Positions 27,401-40,112 of a DNA stretch of 64,000 nucleotides are shown one piece after another. The stretch lies in assembly GCF_036588685.1 (NCBI RefSeq), contig NC_086378.1, forward strand, positions 89,156,001-89,220,000, written 5' to 3'. This DNA is from Mytilus trossulus (Eukaryota). Position numbers and translations under genes: made by a program. Numbering within the stretch: the first letter of the stretch is position 1; each line of letters begins with the position of its first letter. Below the pieces are notes generated by a model that was not told the DNA's origin, searched no databases, and worked only from the letters and a program-made list of their open reading frames with translations.

Positions 27401-28945
27401 AACCATACATAGTAACTAAGCATTACAAAAAAAAACTTTTTAAAAATCCTAAACATCCGTTTTTTTTTCACTCTTTGATTGAATTTGGATTGCTAATGGT
27501 TACTAAGATATTATATGAACTCTGACCAATATTGTAACTGGAAAGTACACAAGTTTATTTTGGCAATTTTTTTTTGTAAATGTTCAGCTTCTACAGCATT
27601 TTTTATTAGATTTTCTTTTTCTCTTTATTTTACTTTTTGTATTAAATTTGTTTTGAACTTTTTTCAGAAAATAGATTTATTTCGAGATAATCATTTGTGA
27701 ATTGGCAACTGTCTTCAATATTTTATTCTTTCTAAACAACTAAACAAATAACTTTAGAATTTACGTTTTTCTTTTAAAACCTTGAGTCATTCAGGGGAAT
27801 CAAACCTTTTATATCATTTTATAATTTCCACAGGACAAGAACATTAGGTTCAGCAGCTATGAATATGGTAAATGTGGCCAAAGGAAGTGGTGATGCTTAT
27901 GTAGAATATGGTTTACATATCTGGGACTTTGCTGCATCAGGGGTGATACTGTTAGAGGCTGGTGGTGCTATGATTGATCCCGCAGGTAAGAACCTTGGAC
28001 TTAACCTCATAAAAGGGGAGGGGGCTTACTGTCAAGGCTAGTGGTGCTATGATTCATCCCGCAGGAAAGTACCTTGGACTTAACCTCATCAGGGTGGTAG
28101 GGGGGATACTGTTAGAGGCTGGTGGTGCTATGATTGATCCAGCAGGAAAGTACCTTGGACTTAACCTCATCAGGGTGGTAGGGGGGATACTGTTAGAGGC
28201 TGGTGGTGCTATGATTGATCCAGCAGGAAAGTACCTTGGACTTAACCTTACCAGGGTGGTAGGGGGATAATGTTAGAGGCTGGTGGTGTTATGATTGATC
28301 CAGCAGGTAAGTACCTTGGATTTTACCTCACTTAGGGGGGTGGGAGGGGGGTACTGTCAGAGGCTGTTGGTGCTATGATTGTGTTCATGTTGTTAAAGCA
28401 GTCGCATTTATCTCATTTTCAATTAGATTTTTTGGCCATGCACCTTCAGTCATGGTTCATTGACTTTGATCGTTTTGTATAGTTAACAGTAATGCCATTT
28501 TAGTTTCAACATTTGTATGCTACCATTAAATTATGTTACAGAAAAGACATATCTATGTGTCAGCAGTTTATTTAATTAATTAAAATTGAGAATGGAAATG
28601 GAAATTGAGGATGTGTCAGAGGAACAACTACCCAACCAAAAAGCAGAAAAAAGCAGAAATAAAATTGAGAATGGAAATGGGGAATGTGTCAAAGAGATAA
28701 CAACCCAACCATAGAACAGACAACAGAACAGAAGGCTACCAACTGGTCATCATTGCAGTGAGAAAATCCCTCATTTTACGAGTCCTTGCATTGTAGGTAT
28801 TATTATTCATGTAACATTTTGTTTATATTTAACAGGTGGTCCTGTAGATTTCCTTAGTAGAAGAGTTCTCTGTGCCTCATCACAATCTTTAGCAGACCAG
28901 TTATCTACAACCATCCCAGAACATATAGAAATGGAGAGAGACTGA
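21423..28945 (+). CDS. IMPA1: Inositol monophosphatase, 7 coding exons, 275 aa
   Basis: GT-AG exons 21423-21488, 22860-22993, 24135-24285, 25265-25373, 27030-27135, 27834-27985 and 28836-28945 sum to 828 nt in frame. Motifs: [49 protein letters not shown]. Confidence 0.96.
24226..24835 (+). repeat. ~78-bp minisatellite x8 derived from the IMPA exon 3 end plus donor
   Basis: tttgtaca(t) anchors at 24229, 24307, 24385, 24461, 24537, 24614, 24692 and 24770. The first unit is the coding exon end. Confidence 0.92.
27940..28382 (+). repeat. ~81-bp minisatellite x5.5 derived from the IMPA exon 6 end plus donor
   Basis: Unit gatactgttagaggctggtggtgctatgattgatccagcagg(t/a)aagtaccttggacttaacctc.... 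The first unit is coding. Confidence 0.92.
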
Positions 28946-29743
28946 AAATGGCAGACTTAAACAATAAATGTTAGATTTAGCAAAAAAGTAAGGGTGGTCC
29001 TGGTTAATTCTAGTGCAAATAAACACTTAGTGCATTAGTAGGAAGAAAAATTAAAGTTTATTTTCTATGTTAGTTCTAATAATAATAAAAACATTTTACA
29101 ATCAGTGAAAAACATGCAGTGATCTACAGAATTCCAATTTTAGCTGACCAACAGGGTTATTGTTTGATGTCTGTCCTGAGCTTTTAAACAAATGCCTTAT
29201 GTGAGGATGATGCCTTGTATACTAGCATTGTAAGGCTAGGTAAAGGGACTCTTGTTCAAATTTCTCAATAAAGCATTTCTAAAATGGGTTAAATAGGATT
29301 GCTTGTTTAATGACAGTGGGTATATTTCACAGTGGGTATTTAGGTGCTTAATTAGGGAGCCTTGGAACTATGTTGGTTGGTTGCTGGCTAATTAAAATTT
29401 TCATCATACATTTTATAATGGTTAAGAGAGTCTTCTATCACTTTTGATGTTATAGATATATGTTGTTAATGTTATATGTACTATTTTATTTTTTAGAAGT
29501 TATCACTATTTATTATATATTTGCTGGTCAACATTTTTGTATATGTTTTTTTTATAGAGATAATTATTTTATATTAAAATAACAGTACAAAATAAAGTCA
29601 CCATTTGTTATTTTTCTTTGTAAGTAGTGAGACATGTGCAGCGCTGCAGAATAATGACATTGCATTAATTGATGGATGCTCTTTGTGTGTGTCTCAACCT
29701 GGGATGAAATAGTTATCAAATGTACCAGGCTTATAATTTTAAT

Positions 29744-29787
29744 ACGCCAGACGCATGTTTTGTCTACATAAGGCTCATCAGTGACGC
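29744..29787 (-). ncRNA. Degenerate minimal type I hammerhead ribozyme in a repeat
   Basis: The minus strand reads gcgtca-CTGATGA-gcct tatgt agac-AAAA-catgc-GTC-tggcgt. The GAAA box is mutated. Confidence 0.55.
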
Positions 29788-32700
29788 TCAGATCAAAACA
29801 GTTAAAAAGCCAAACAAGTACAAAGTTGAAAAGCATTGAGGATCCAAATTTTCAAAAAGTTGTGCTAAACACGGGAAATTTTAGAACATCAGTCATAGGG
29901 ATGACAAAACAGCAGGGAGGTGTTAAATATTTGTATATAAAGTTTCATACGTTCAAGGTAGTCTTTGGGAATTCTTGATACCTTTTAAACAGATGCCTCT
30001 GAGAATGATGTCATATGTCCATTGCTTGACCTCATTTTTATGGATAATCATCTCCTTAAAAACAAGTTATTTTTTCATGTGAATTTAAAAAAAATAGATT
30101 ATTTAAATTTGGTATATAGGATCCTTGCAAGTTTATATATTCAACAAACAGGGTGACCTGGACATGATCCACTTTATAGAAAATAAATCATGGTTTAATT
30201 TTGTTATCAAGTCCTTATCTCAGATTTCATAATCAATATGTAAACAATGTTTGGAAGGATTTTAAGGCATACATGTCCATTCGGGAGATTTGATTTGACC
30301 ATGACCTTATTTTTATGGATAATTTTTCAATGTTAGGTTTTCATGTATTATAAAAAAGAAGATGTGGTATGATTGCCAATGAGACAACTATCCACAAAAG
30401 ACCAAAATGACACAAACATTAACAACTATAGGTCACCGTACAGCCTTCAACAAAGAGCAAAGCCCATACCACATATTCAGCTAGGCCCCGATAAGACAAT
30501 GTAAAACAATTCAAACGAGAAAACTAACCGCCTTATTTATGTAAAAAAAATAACGAAAAACAAATATGTAACACATAAACAAACGACAACCACTGAATTA
30601 CAGGCTCCTGATTTGGGACAGGCACATACATAAATAATGTGGCGGGGTTAAACATGTTAGCGGGATCCCAACCCTCCCCCTAATCTGGGACAGTGGTATA
30701 ACAGTACAACATAAGAACGAACTATAAAAATATTGTTCTTTATTCTCAAATACTTTAAAGCAATTAGTCAAATATATTTGGTATATATAATGATTGTAAT
30801 GTGTTTATGTCTGCCTTGTATGGTCATCTTACCTTACCTCAATTTCATGAGTAAATGGTCAATGCTATGTTTTCATAGCTAGTAGATAGATATAAGAAGT
30901 TGTGGTATGAGTCCCAATGAGACAACTCTCCATCCAAGTAGAAATGCCTTTACGTAGTCAGATCTATGTCAGTTGTTTCCCACTCGTTCCATTGCTTAAT
31001 ACGATTGATTTTGTCAGTTTGTATGGACCATCTCTTTTATGACGGGTGCCACATGTGGAGCAGGCCACCTTCCGGAGCACATGAGATAACCCCTAGTTTT
31101 TGGTGGGGTCGTGTTGCTTATTTTTTAGTTTTCTATGTTGTGTCATGTGTAATATCGTTTGTTTGTCTTTTTTCATTTTTAGCAATGGCGTTGTCAGTTT
31201 ATTTTCAATTTATGAGTTTGACTGTCCCTTTGGTATCTTTCGTCCCTCTAGTATTTACCTTAAAGTATGATATTTTTGTTTTTTATTATACTTTTTCGAT
31301 TATATGCAACACAGATTTTCCCTAAAGATTGATCAAGTCATGCCCCCCAAAATGATGTATTTAAGCTAGCCATGAGGATCTCTTGGTATTTGTGTTCTCA
31401 AAAATGCGATTCATTTTGGTTTTCCAAACGGTTGGACTCTATCGTACCTGATGATGGCTATACCAGAAACACGTGTTATGTACAGCGTATTCACATGACT
31501 TGATTTATTAGCATCCTTGTAAACATCAACCCTTCTTAAAGGAAATCAGGAAAAGAATCATGAACTTTGGAATATAAGTATCAACTTAAGATGAAAGTTT
31601 ATTATGAATTTACGTTTCATGTCATTTGGGGCCCTTTATAGCTTGTTGTTCGGTGTGAGCCAAGGCTCCGTGTTGAAGGCCGTACTTTAACCTATAATGG
31701 TTTAATTTTTAAATTGTTATTTGGATGGAGAGTTGTCTCATTGGCACTCACACCACATCTTCCTATATCCATGTAATACATTTATCACATCTTGTAAACA
31801 AGGAATAATCTAAAGGAACTAAATATGTAGGTGAATTAATCTTACTTGACAAAGACAGATGGTACAAATGCATTTCCTACCATTTTAAAATGTTTCAAAC
31901 TGAAAGAAGCGATAAGTACTTTAACCTTTCCGTTTCTTAGTTTGTGCAATGAATGTCAACGTGAATTCAACTATATGAGGTATAAGTTTTTACGTTCACT
32001 ATACTAGTGATTGACATTGCAGGACAAACAGGTGCTCTTTTGTGACGCTTGACTTTATCTACCTGACTTTCCCAAGATGAAAAATAAAGCCAGTCAAATT
32101 GAAGCTACTTTTATATTCTTATACCAATTAAGTTTGAAAAATCGAGACAACTAATTGATCAGCAATTTTTCATTACCAAATTAAATATATCTTTTTCTTT
32201 TTAGTAGATTTATATGGTATCAACTAGAAACAGATAAGGGATTTAATAAAAATGTTGTTTTTTTTTTAATGAGATTCTACACCTGCTCTTCACCGTAAAT
32301 TTAAACACGCTTAATATAAACACAGATTACAACACTTGTTTTGTTAGAATTTGGTGCAGTTGGTCATGCCCTACTGAATATGATTTAAAAACAAGGTCAA
32401 ATTAAAACAATAACACATTTTAACAAGGTTGACATTGATGTCTACTGTTTTAAAAGAAAGCTTTTGGCTATTTTGTTTGTTTAAAAAAGTAAAAGATAAC
32501 GAAAAAAATCAGACAGATAATACTTGTGTGCATCAATTTTGATAAAAGTTGCCTACTTCTTTAAAAATTATGCACATATCAACACAATGCTGTTTTACCA
32601 TTGAAACAATAAATAATACCAGAAGTATTATCTGGTACGCCAGATTAACGTTTCATCTACACAAAACACATTAGTTGTGCTTGAATTAAAACAAAATAAT

Positions 32701-33487
32701 TGAAGGCCAAATCATTAACTAAGTTAAGAAGCATAAGACCCATAAGAAAAGAAACATTAATGTTCCTACGAATTTTAACATTATATGCCCGGTAAATTAT
32801 CAGGAAATTAGTGTATCAATTATAAACTCATTTAAGATACAAGAGTTAAAATTTCGTACGTCAAACGCTTGTTTATTCTACAAAAGACTCGGCAGTGACA
32901 CTCGAGTTAAAAACGATATTGAGTCTAAATACATAACGACATTGAAGGTCACTGAAGAAAAAATCAATTCAAATACAGCTTAAATGTCATAAAAAATAAA
33001 AATTACGAAAATACTGATTTCTGAGGAAAATTCAAAACGGAAAGTCCCTAAACAAATGGCAAAATCAAATGATAAAACACATCAAACGACTGGACAACAA
33101 CTGTCATATTCCTTACTTGGTACAGGCATTTTCAAATATAGAAAATGGTGGATTGAACCTGGTTTTATAGCGCGTAACCTTTAACTTGTACGACAGTCGC
33201 ATCAAACTAAAGATAGGCGAAAGATACCAATTTGGATATTCAAACTCGTAAGTCTAAGACACCTTCACAATGTCATGTCAACAACCGAAAAATGGATAAA
33301 AGAAAAATAGCAGTACACAAAAAAAAAAAAAAAAGTAGAAAACCAAAGATTGAACAAAACGAGCTCCCACCAATTACCGATGGGGATCTCAGGAGTAACA
33401 GAATAATAAGAGGATCATTTTCTACGTCATGTTGCTCCTGTAAATACAAACCATATGATAATTCTAAATCGGAAGGTCACATTCTGG

Positions 33488-33565
33488 GAAAGGTGAAGGT
33501 CACAATCGAGGAAAGGTGAAGGTCATAATCGAGGAAAGGTGAAAGTCACAATCGTGGAAAGGTGA
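33488..33565 (+). repeat. 21-bp tandem repeat inside a Penelope-like relic
   Basis: ggaaaggtgaaggtcacaatc(ga) about 3.5 times. Confidence 0.8.
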
Positions 33566-34661
33566 ACGGATTGTGGTTACGAAAATTTGTTTATAAATAT
33601 TTTCGTCGTCAACTCGTGATGGTGTCTATCCATTTTCGAAAAGGATGATTTTAACAATGCAAATTTGAACTCTTTGTTCAAAATATTACCACAATAAGTG
33701 AAAAATATCCGTTGTCCTTTGTGGTATAAATAAAAAAAAAACGAATTTATTCCGTCAATTGAATAAACAAAGGCAACAGTAGTATACCGCTGTTCTGAAG
33801 TCATAAACCGATTTAGAGAAACAATACATGCATTACACATGTTATACTATCAAACATATTACTTTAAATGACACGCACATAACCTATTCTTGAAGAGTTT
33901 TATTGTATTCGTAAGCATCATTGTACATTTGTAAATACAATATGTAGTACATAACTACTTAAACATCAGTACAACAATATTAAATTGTTCGTCGAAATTT
34001 AACTCAGGCTATAAGGATATTTAGACAACACCGCCTGTACTGTGTCCTCGAGACAGTGCCAGGCGCTCGAGACTACACGGTCGTACTTATCAATATACAG
34101 TACATGTATATAAAACAAAAATAATTTTAACTTTGCTAGAAGATATTTCACAATGCATATGATCGAAAGTTTTTGGTTTACACTACATTGAAATAACTTC
34201 GTGAATCTGAACCAAATCAAGAACAGTGTTCTCATGCTGTTACGAAGAAGACGACAAATACAGTGTTAGGTAAATAAGTTTTAACAATTCATTGTGAATT
34301 TCTCCCTCAGTTTGCTAAAAATTTCATTAATCCCTTTCAAATGGTTTATTAAATTTATAAGAACAAGTGCGGCTGTTTTTGACAATCTTTTTGACAGTTT
34401 GTGACGTCTTGACATGCATCCTTCACTATAATTGTGACGACATTTGTCACAAGAGGGTAACACACTTAGGATTTTTGTTGATTTCTTTAACACAGGAAGT
34501 CTAAAATATAATCTTGGAATTAATCGCTTTAGGTATTTACATAATTTATCAATCATATTGACAAACTTGATAACAAATCATTTGAATCTAAAACAACACA
34601 TCTCGTAGGTTTTCATAATGTTGCACAATTAAACCCACAACAACGATTTGTTAATATTTTT

Positions 34662-36542
34662 TTAAGTGTTATGTCTAAATGATATTGCATATTTTAGTTT
34701 ATCCCAAAATAACACATCTCCAATTTTAAGATAGGTTTGAGAATTGAGACAACTTTTCAAATCAGGATCAATATTATCCAAAGAAATATTACCCTTCAAC
34801 ACAATTATCAAATGACGACCTTTATCGTGTAAACTTTTCCTCAAAGCTGTTCGGAACTCCATCATACACCATTCACTCCTCAAGAAATCATTGGTTATAA
34901 GTAAGATGGTGTGATAGCTGTTTTCAACACTGTTGTATATATTATCAGCTATGGTATTACCAACTATAAAATCTCTATGATGAAGACAGAGACTGCATGC
35001 TTTCCCAGCGTCATCTGACTCCAACTTAGGTAAAGCTGTATGTATAACCCATTCAACATCTTTCTCGCTGTAGGCAATAAATGCATCATACTCTTTTTCA
35101 ACGGCTGTGACACTTCTGAGTTCACATGGACATTTTATATTGAGTCGAGTAAACAAAATAACTTTGATCATATTCCTGAAATAGATTGTCAATAAAGTTA
35201 TAATGATCAATGTTATTGTTATGATGCTAAAAACAACTACTTGAAAGTTTACAATTGTCTCCTTGATACAGTTAAGATCTGTAGCGGACATATTTAATAG
35301 CTTACGTCCACGGAATTTGGAGGGTTTTGAACACTCTAGCGACCCAAGGTAATCATAAACTTTTGGCATAGTCTTTGAAGTTAGATATGCCATTACTTCA
35401 AGTACTCCACAATCACATACAAACGGATTTTCACTGATGTCGACTTTAACAAATTCATGAGTTGAGAATGAGTCTATCATATGTTTTGTTAGTGAAGTTA
35501 TATTATTACGCCGTAAATCGATTGTTACGACTGATTTGTTTTTTCTCACAGCTAATCCGTAATCTGGTATCATAGGAAGGACTTGTATGTTATTTTTAGA
35601 AAAGTCTATATATTCCATTACTGGGAATCGTCGTTGCCAGCCTTGCATTTTATAATAAGTGTCAAACATCCCATTATTAGAAAAATTCAATATTTTGAGA
35701 CTTACTGCAACGTCGGTATACAAAATCTTATTGATGTCATTCTTTCTAAGGTTCTCTTTCTTCCCACTCATTTCATAAACCTCAAGGTTGTTGTACAAAC
35801 AGGATCTCTTCTGTGTGTTAAAATAATAGTTATGTTGATTGAGTGCAGTGCTGAAATCAAACAAATGCTGGTTTTCTAAATCTTCAAATGTCACATTTGT
35901 CCCCCTCTGAATAATTGAAAAAGCATTTTCCGGTCCACATTCTGCAGCTCTTGTTATAGGCGAGTTTGCTTTTGGTATTGAGTCATATAAGTCTCCAACC
36001 CTTTGACTAATAATGACGTTGTCCATTTGAAGATATTTAATTGTGTCGGGAATGCTATTTATCAACTCATTCTTGTAATCGGCTCTGTAATCTTTGATTC
36101 GACAGTCTTTGATGTAAATACTATTTAGTTTGTCAGCTCTGAACGGCCAGGGAAAGTGTATGATACCATCTTCACAAGTAACGGATACGTCAAATCTTAT
36201 ATTTGATGATACTTTATCTGTAAAATTTCTAAATTCTGATAACTTGATACTGGAATCACCTTGAATAACACATACAATGTCAAAGTAACTGTGTCTAAGA
36301 TGTGATATATTACATAGCCGACTCCAGTTCTCATGACTTTCAAACTCATTCATCACATCAGAAAAATTGGTAATTTTTTCTATGGAATTATTCATCTGCT
36401 GTTGTTTTACAACCCAATTATCATTCCTTTCGTTTGTTACGGTAACGATATTAAGTTTAAGTCCAAATAAAGGAAAAATATTAAGGATTGTGATTGTGAC
36501 ATAGTATCTCATTCTGAACCGTTTCCTTGAAATGTATTTCAT
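34662..36542 (-). CDS. Toll-like receptor A (short ectodomain, LRR-LRRCT-TM-TIR), single coding exon
   Basis: 626-aa ORF; by alignment to the paralog the start is probably 36512. Hydrophobic N-terminus; LRRs LKILNFSNNGM, MEYIDFSKNNI and IDLRRNNITSL; LRRCT ENPFVCDC...LECSKP...LNC; TM VVVFSIITITLIIITLLTIYF; TIR boxes YDAFIAYS, LCLHHRDFIVG, FLRSEWC and FWDKL. Confidence 0.95.
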   Translation of the reverse strand: MKYISRKRFRMRYYVTITILNIFPLFGLKLNIVTVTNERNDNWVVKQQQMNNSIEKITNFSDVMNEFESHENWSRLCNISHLRHSYFDIVCVIQGDSSIKLSEFRNFTDKVSSNIRFDVSVTCEDGIIHFPWPFRADKLNSIYIKDCRIKDYRADYKNELINSIPDTIKYLQMDNVIISQRVGDLYDSIPKANSPITRAAECGPENAFSIIQRGTNVTFEDLENQHLFDFSTALNQHNYYFNTQKRSCLYNNLEVYEMSGKKENLRKNDINKILYTDVAVSLKILNFSNNGMFDTYYKMQGWQRRFPVMEYIDFSKNNIQVLPMIPDYGLAVRKNKSVVTIDLRRNNITSLTKHMIDSFSTHEFVKVDISENPFVCDCGVLEVMAYLTSKTMPKVYDYLGSLECSKPSKFRGRKLLNMSATDLNCIKETIVNFQVVVFSIITITLIIITLLTIYFRNMIKVILFTRLNIKCPCELRSVTAVEKEYDAFIAYSEKDVEWVIHTALPKLESDDAGKACSLCLHHRDFIVGNTIADNIYNSVENSYHTILLITNDFLRSEWCMMEFRTALRKSLHDKGRHLIIVLKGNISLDNIDPDLKSCLNSQTYLKIGDVLFWDKLKYAISFRHNT

Positions 36543-38099
36543 GGGAAACAGGATGTATCTTGATCCTTAAAAAAATAAACTGAACAAAAAAAGCAGATTA
36601 GAATGCTCTTAGTCTATTTCGTTTGTTTTTCTACATTTCAAAAGACATAAATAAGGATAATAATGGTGTGAACAAACTTGAAGTAATGATAAATAAGAAT
36701 GCTAACGGAACTGTGTACTATCATTTAGTAAAACGTATAGTTCAGACAGTTGTAAAGGATTTCCACAATCTAGTTTAACATTTTTTTAGTAATGATAAAT
36801 AGGTAATATTTAATTAACAACTGTAAAAACAAAAACAAAAATATTACCAGTCTAGATTAAAACCTTCGCGGATACTGTTTTTTTTCAAAATTGGAAAACA
36901 TCACATTGATTGCAAAGCAAAGCTTAAGAAAACAGTTCATAGCAAAAATTTGTTTTTGATTTTGTGCCATATGGTATATCATTACAAGAAAATTATTGTT
37001 TACGTTCTGTATGCATATGCTTTTTGGTAGACAATTATATGATTTGTTTTTTTCTGCACATCCATCAAGCCAGAGAAGCATTTAACAATGTAGTTACTTA
37101 TTTTCTATTATGTCAAAGAAAGACTGTTGCTCCATAGAAATCTTATTTTTGCGTAAGATAACAAGGATTCATCATTTTCTTTTTCGAATAAGCAAACGGC
37201 ACTATATTGTCTTTATGATTTAAAAATATTTTTTTACTGTATTACCTGTTATGGATTGTATGAAAAACTTGAATATAATTGTTTCAACCTTTGTGTTGTA
37301 AATGTAAGGCTTTCAATGACAGTGACCGTTTTTCCACAATTGCGTTGTACAATTGGAGAATGGGAAAAAATTCCAGCTAAATTAGTTCATTATTGTTTCT
37401 TAATGCACTTTGTTTGTTTTGGCGGTAGTAGACAATAGAACTCCTGAGAAACTAGAGCAATTCTTGAAAAGGAGCGACCTTCAATTTCTTGGTAGATCTT
37501 TGATATTAAGTTTAATTTACGATCACGTTTGCAATCGGCTGCCTTGATAATTTTTTTTAAAGATTTTTGGGTCAAAAGCATCAACACTAAAGGTAGCTCT
37601 GAAAAATAGTAGAGCTGAGATTACACGAACTCTAACCCCAGGTCACCAAATGTCGTACCATTCCTAATAAAAATATATGCGACTTATCAAACTCGGAAAG
37701 AGTGACATAACGATGTTGCTTTTTCTTAGCTGAAATGTTTATCAGTTTCAATTTTTCTGAAGCACTAAATCCTTAAAACTATCGGGAAGCAATTATACTA
37801 CCACTTGAAAGAAAAAGAAATCGTTTGTGTCTGTATTTCCCAGAAAAAAAAAACCACAAATACTTAACAATAGATCTGTCAGAAATTTGTAAATTAGATT
37901 CGAATAAAATACTAAATTGAATATCCTGACAGATTATTATAACTAGAATAAAATTATATTCATGACATGAAAGCATGTTAATTCAAGTTTACACTATGAA
38001 TGATAGGGATTGCACATATACCGTAATTATTGAAACCACGTTTCAGAAAAAAAGTTATCAAACAAATTTATTTCGTTTACCTTTATTCATATGATGCTG

Positions 38100-38870
38100 A
38101 GGTCAAAAAGGCACTTCTTAGGAAGACAGAAAAAAAGCTACCAGTATCCTGTAACTTTACTTTCCGCTACATAGATTATGTTTTCTTACATTAAATTATT
38201 CCAAATTTGATAATTTAAATGTTGAAGGAATCTATCTCATCGAACTTGAGATAAAGAAAACAACTCAAAAAGTTAAGTCTGCTTCATTTCTTAAATTAAA
38301 TATTCAAATTAGCTTATGACAATAGAGATGATTTCAGCTTCTTAATTATGAACTTTCCATTTTTATATAGCAATGTTCTATCAGCGCCTGCATACGGATT
38401 ATATATCTCCCAGTTGATACGATACTCTAGGGCTTATATTTCATATCATGTTTTCCTTGATAGGGTGTTGCTACTTATAGAGAAGCCACAAAACCACGAG
38501 TTGAAATTGGTAAAACTTATACTTTCGAAAATTTTACGGACGCCATCACAATTTGGTTGACCGTTACTAAATACCCGTTTCACAGATGAAACCGGATATG
38601 TAACTATTTTCGAAACTATAATCCCGTCCCCATTTTCCGAACGTGACCCTTCCGAATTAGACTTATTACCGGGCTCTTACTAAAAAAAAACCCACTACAA
38701 GTGGTACATGTTGAACAGTATCTACAATATAATCTGAGATCAACCCCAGCTTTTGGTGGGTTCGTGTTACTCATTCTTTAGTTATATATGTTGTGTTTTG
38801 TATACTTTTGTTTGACTTTTGGTCTTTTCTTTTTTTAGCGTTGTCAGCTTAGTTTTAATGTCCCTTTTGT
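38100..38870 (+). mobile_element. Degenerate Penelope-like RT 3' fragment
   Basis: NFPFLYSNVLSAPAYGLYISQLIRYSRA, homologous to 53627-54328. Confidence 0.8.
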
Positions 38871-39191
38871 AACTATTGCCTGGCGGAAAATTAAAAGACA
38901 TCATTGTTTAGTTAAGACCTTTTAGCCGGTTTTTTTTAGACGATTTACAAACTTCTGTCACCGTACAGCATACATTGATATTTACAAAGAAAGAATATCA
39001 ATTTTGTTAATTATTTTGTTTATTCTTGTGTTTTCATTTCAGAAGATGGAATTGCTTCCTGATAGTTTTCGATCTTTTGTTACCATATGCTCGTTTAAAG
39101 AACGTCAATATTTCTTAAAACAAAAGTAATTCTCAGAAAAAAGGAGGTTACAGACCTTGACAAATGAACTATTATATATTATGATTTATAA

Positions 39192-39227
39192 CCCGGATTT
39201 TGATACAGATGATTCCAAGAATTGTAA
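39192..39227 (+). promoter_or_regulatory. Conserved non-coding block upstream of TIR-less receptor A
   Basis: cccggattttgatacagatgattccaagaattgtaa matches 55305-55340 with one mismatch. Confidence 0.5.
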
Positions 39228-39812
39228 CAAAAAAGGTATTATTAATCTAGCTGCGTGTTTATATGAATTTAAATATTGTAAAAATGAAAAGTTTACCTGC
39301 TAGTTCGTTTGATTCAAGGTTCATAATTTGAACATGGTAAGTATACTTAGTTTAATTGTGGTTTATTTGATGCTATTGTTTACGTATTTAGATTTAATAC
39401 ATGATGTGAACACATATTTAACTTATTATTGTAATCATTCGTTATCAATAAAATTATATAAATCCATACCTGATGGTAAGCTGCGATGATTTAAAGTGAA
39501 TAATAAATTGTAATATTAAATAAATCACTTTCCGACCAAATCATTCAGTGATTCTCGAAGCCAAAGTTATAACGATTGAAATCATTGATCACACCATTTA
39601 ATTCAAAGCAGAGAATATTGGAGTTGGGTAATTTTGGTTTTTTACTTTTTTTTTAAATTTAATTTTGCAAGAAGTAACATTTTGTAAGTTAACAGTGAAT
39701 ACTATTATCCTCAAACGGTGTCTTTAAGACGTTTAGTATAAATTTACCAAATGTTTTATCAACAATAGTAGATTCTGCTCTGTATTTGTGCAGTATGACA
39801 TTTAAACAGCTA

Positions 39813-39822
39813 GGGATGTCCC
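39813..39822. promoter_or_regulatory. kappaB-like site
   Basis: GGGATGTCCC fits GGGRNNYYCC and lies ~300 bp upstream of ATG 40113. The homologous position in copy 2 reads GGGTTTTCCC (55914-55923). Confidence 0.4.
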
Positions 39823-40112
39823 CTAAAATATTATTACGTACCCATGTACAAAAAAGAATAAAATATCCGTCTATTTATAACCATGTTCTGCTGAACTAAA
39901 GGAAATACAAAAGAACTTTATTCGAATAGTCGACGAAATAAAAACAAACATTGTATTAATATGATAATTCTAACATTCAAACTTGCAGATGTTTTCTTTG
40001 TTTGTCCTTTAACAGTTAGTTTTAGTACCGTTGCTCTCCCAATAGTGCGAAGAAAACCACGACGGTTCCTAAACACAGTAACATAGCAGATACAGATACA
40101 GAATACGGCATT

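Noticed and set aside
28049-28270. 73-aa ORF with repeated IMPase-like peptide
   Set aside because: A by-product of the in-frame 81-bp intronic repeat, separated from the real exon by a stop and a frameshift.
35583-35879. Antisense ORFs over the receptor genes (also 40334-40603, 57430-57711, 9605-9888)
   Set aside because: Shadow ORFs of real coding sequence, with no motifs of their own.
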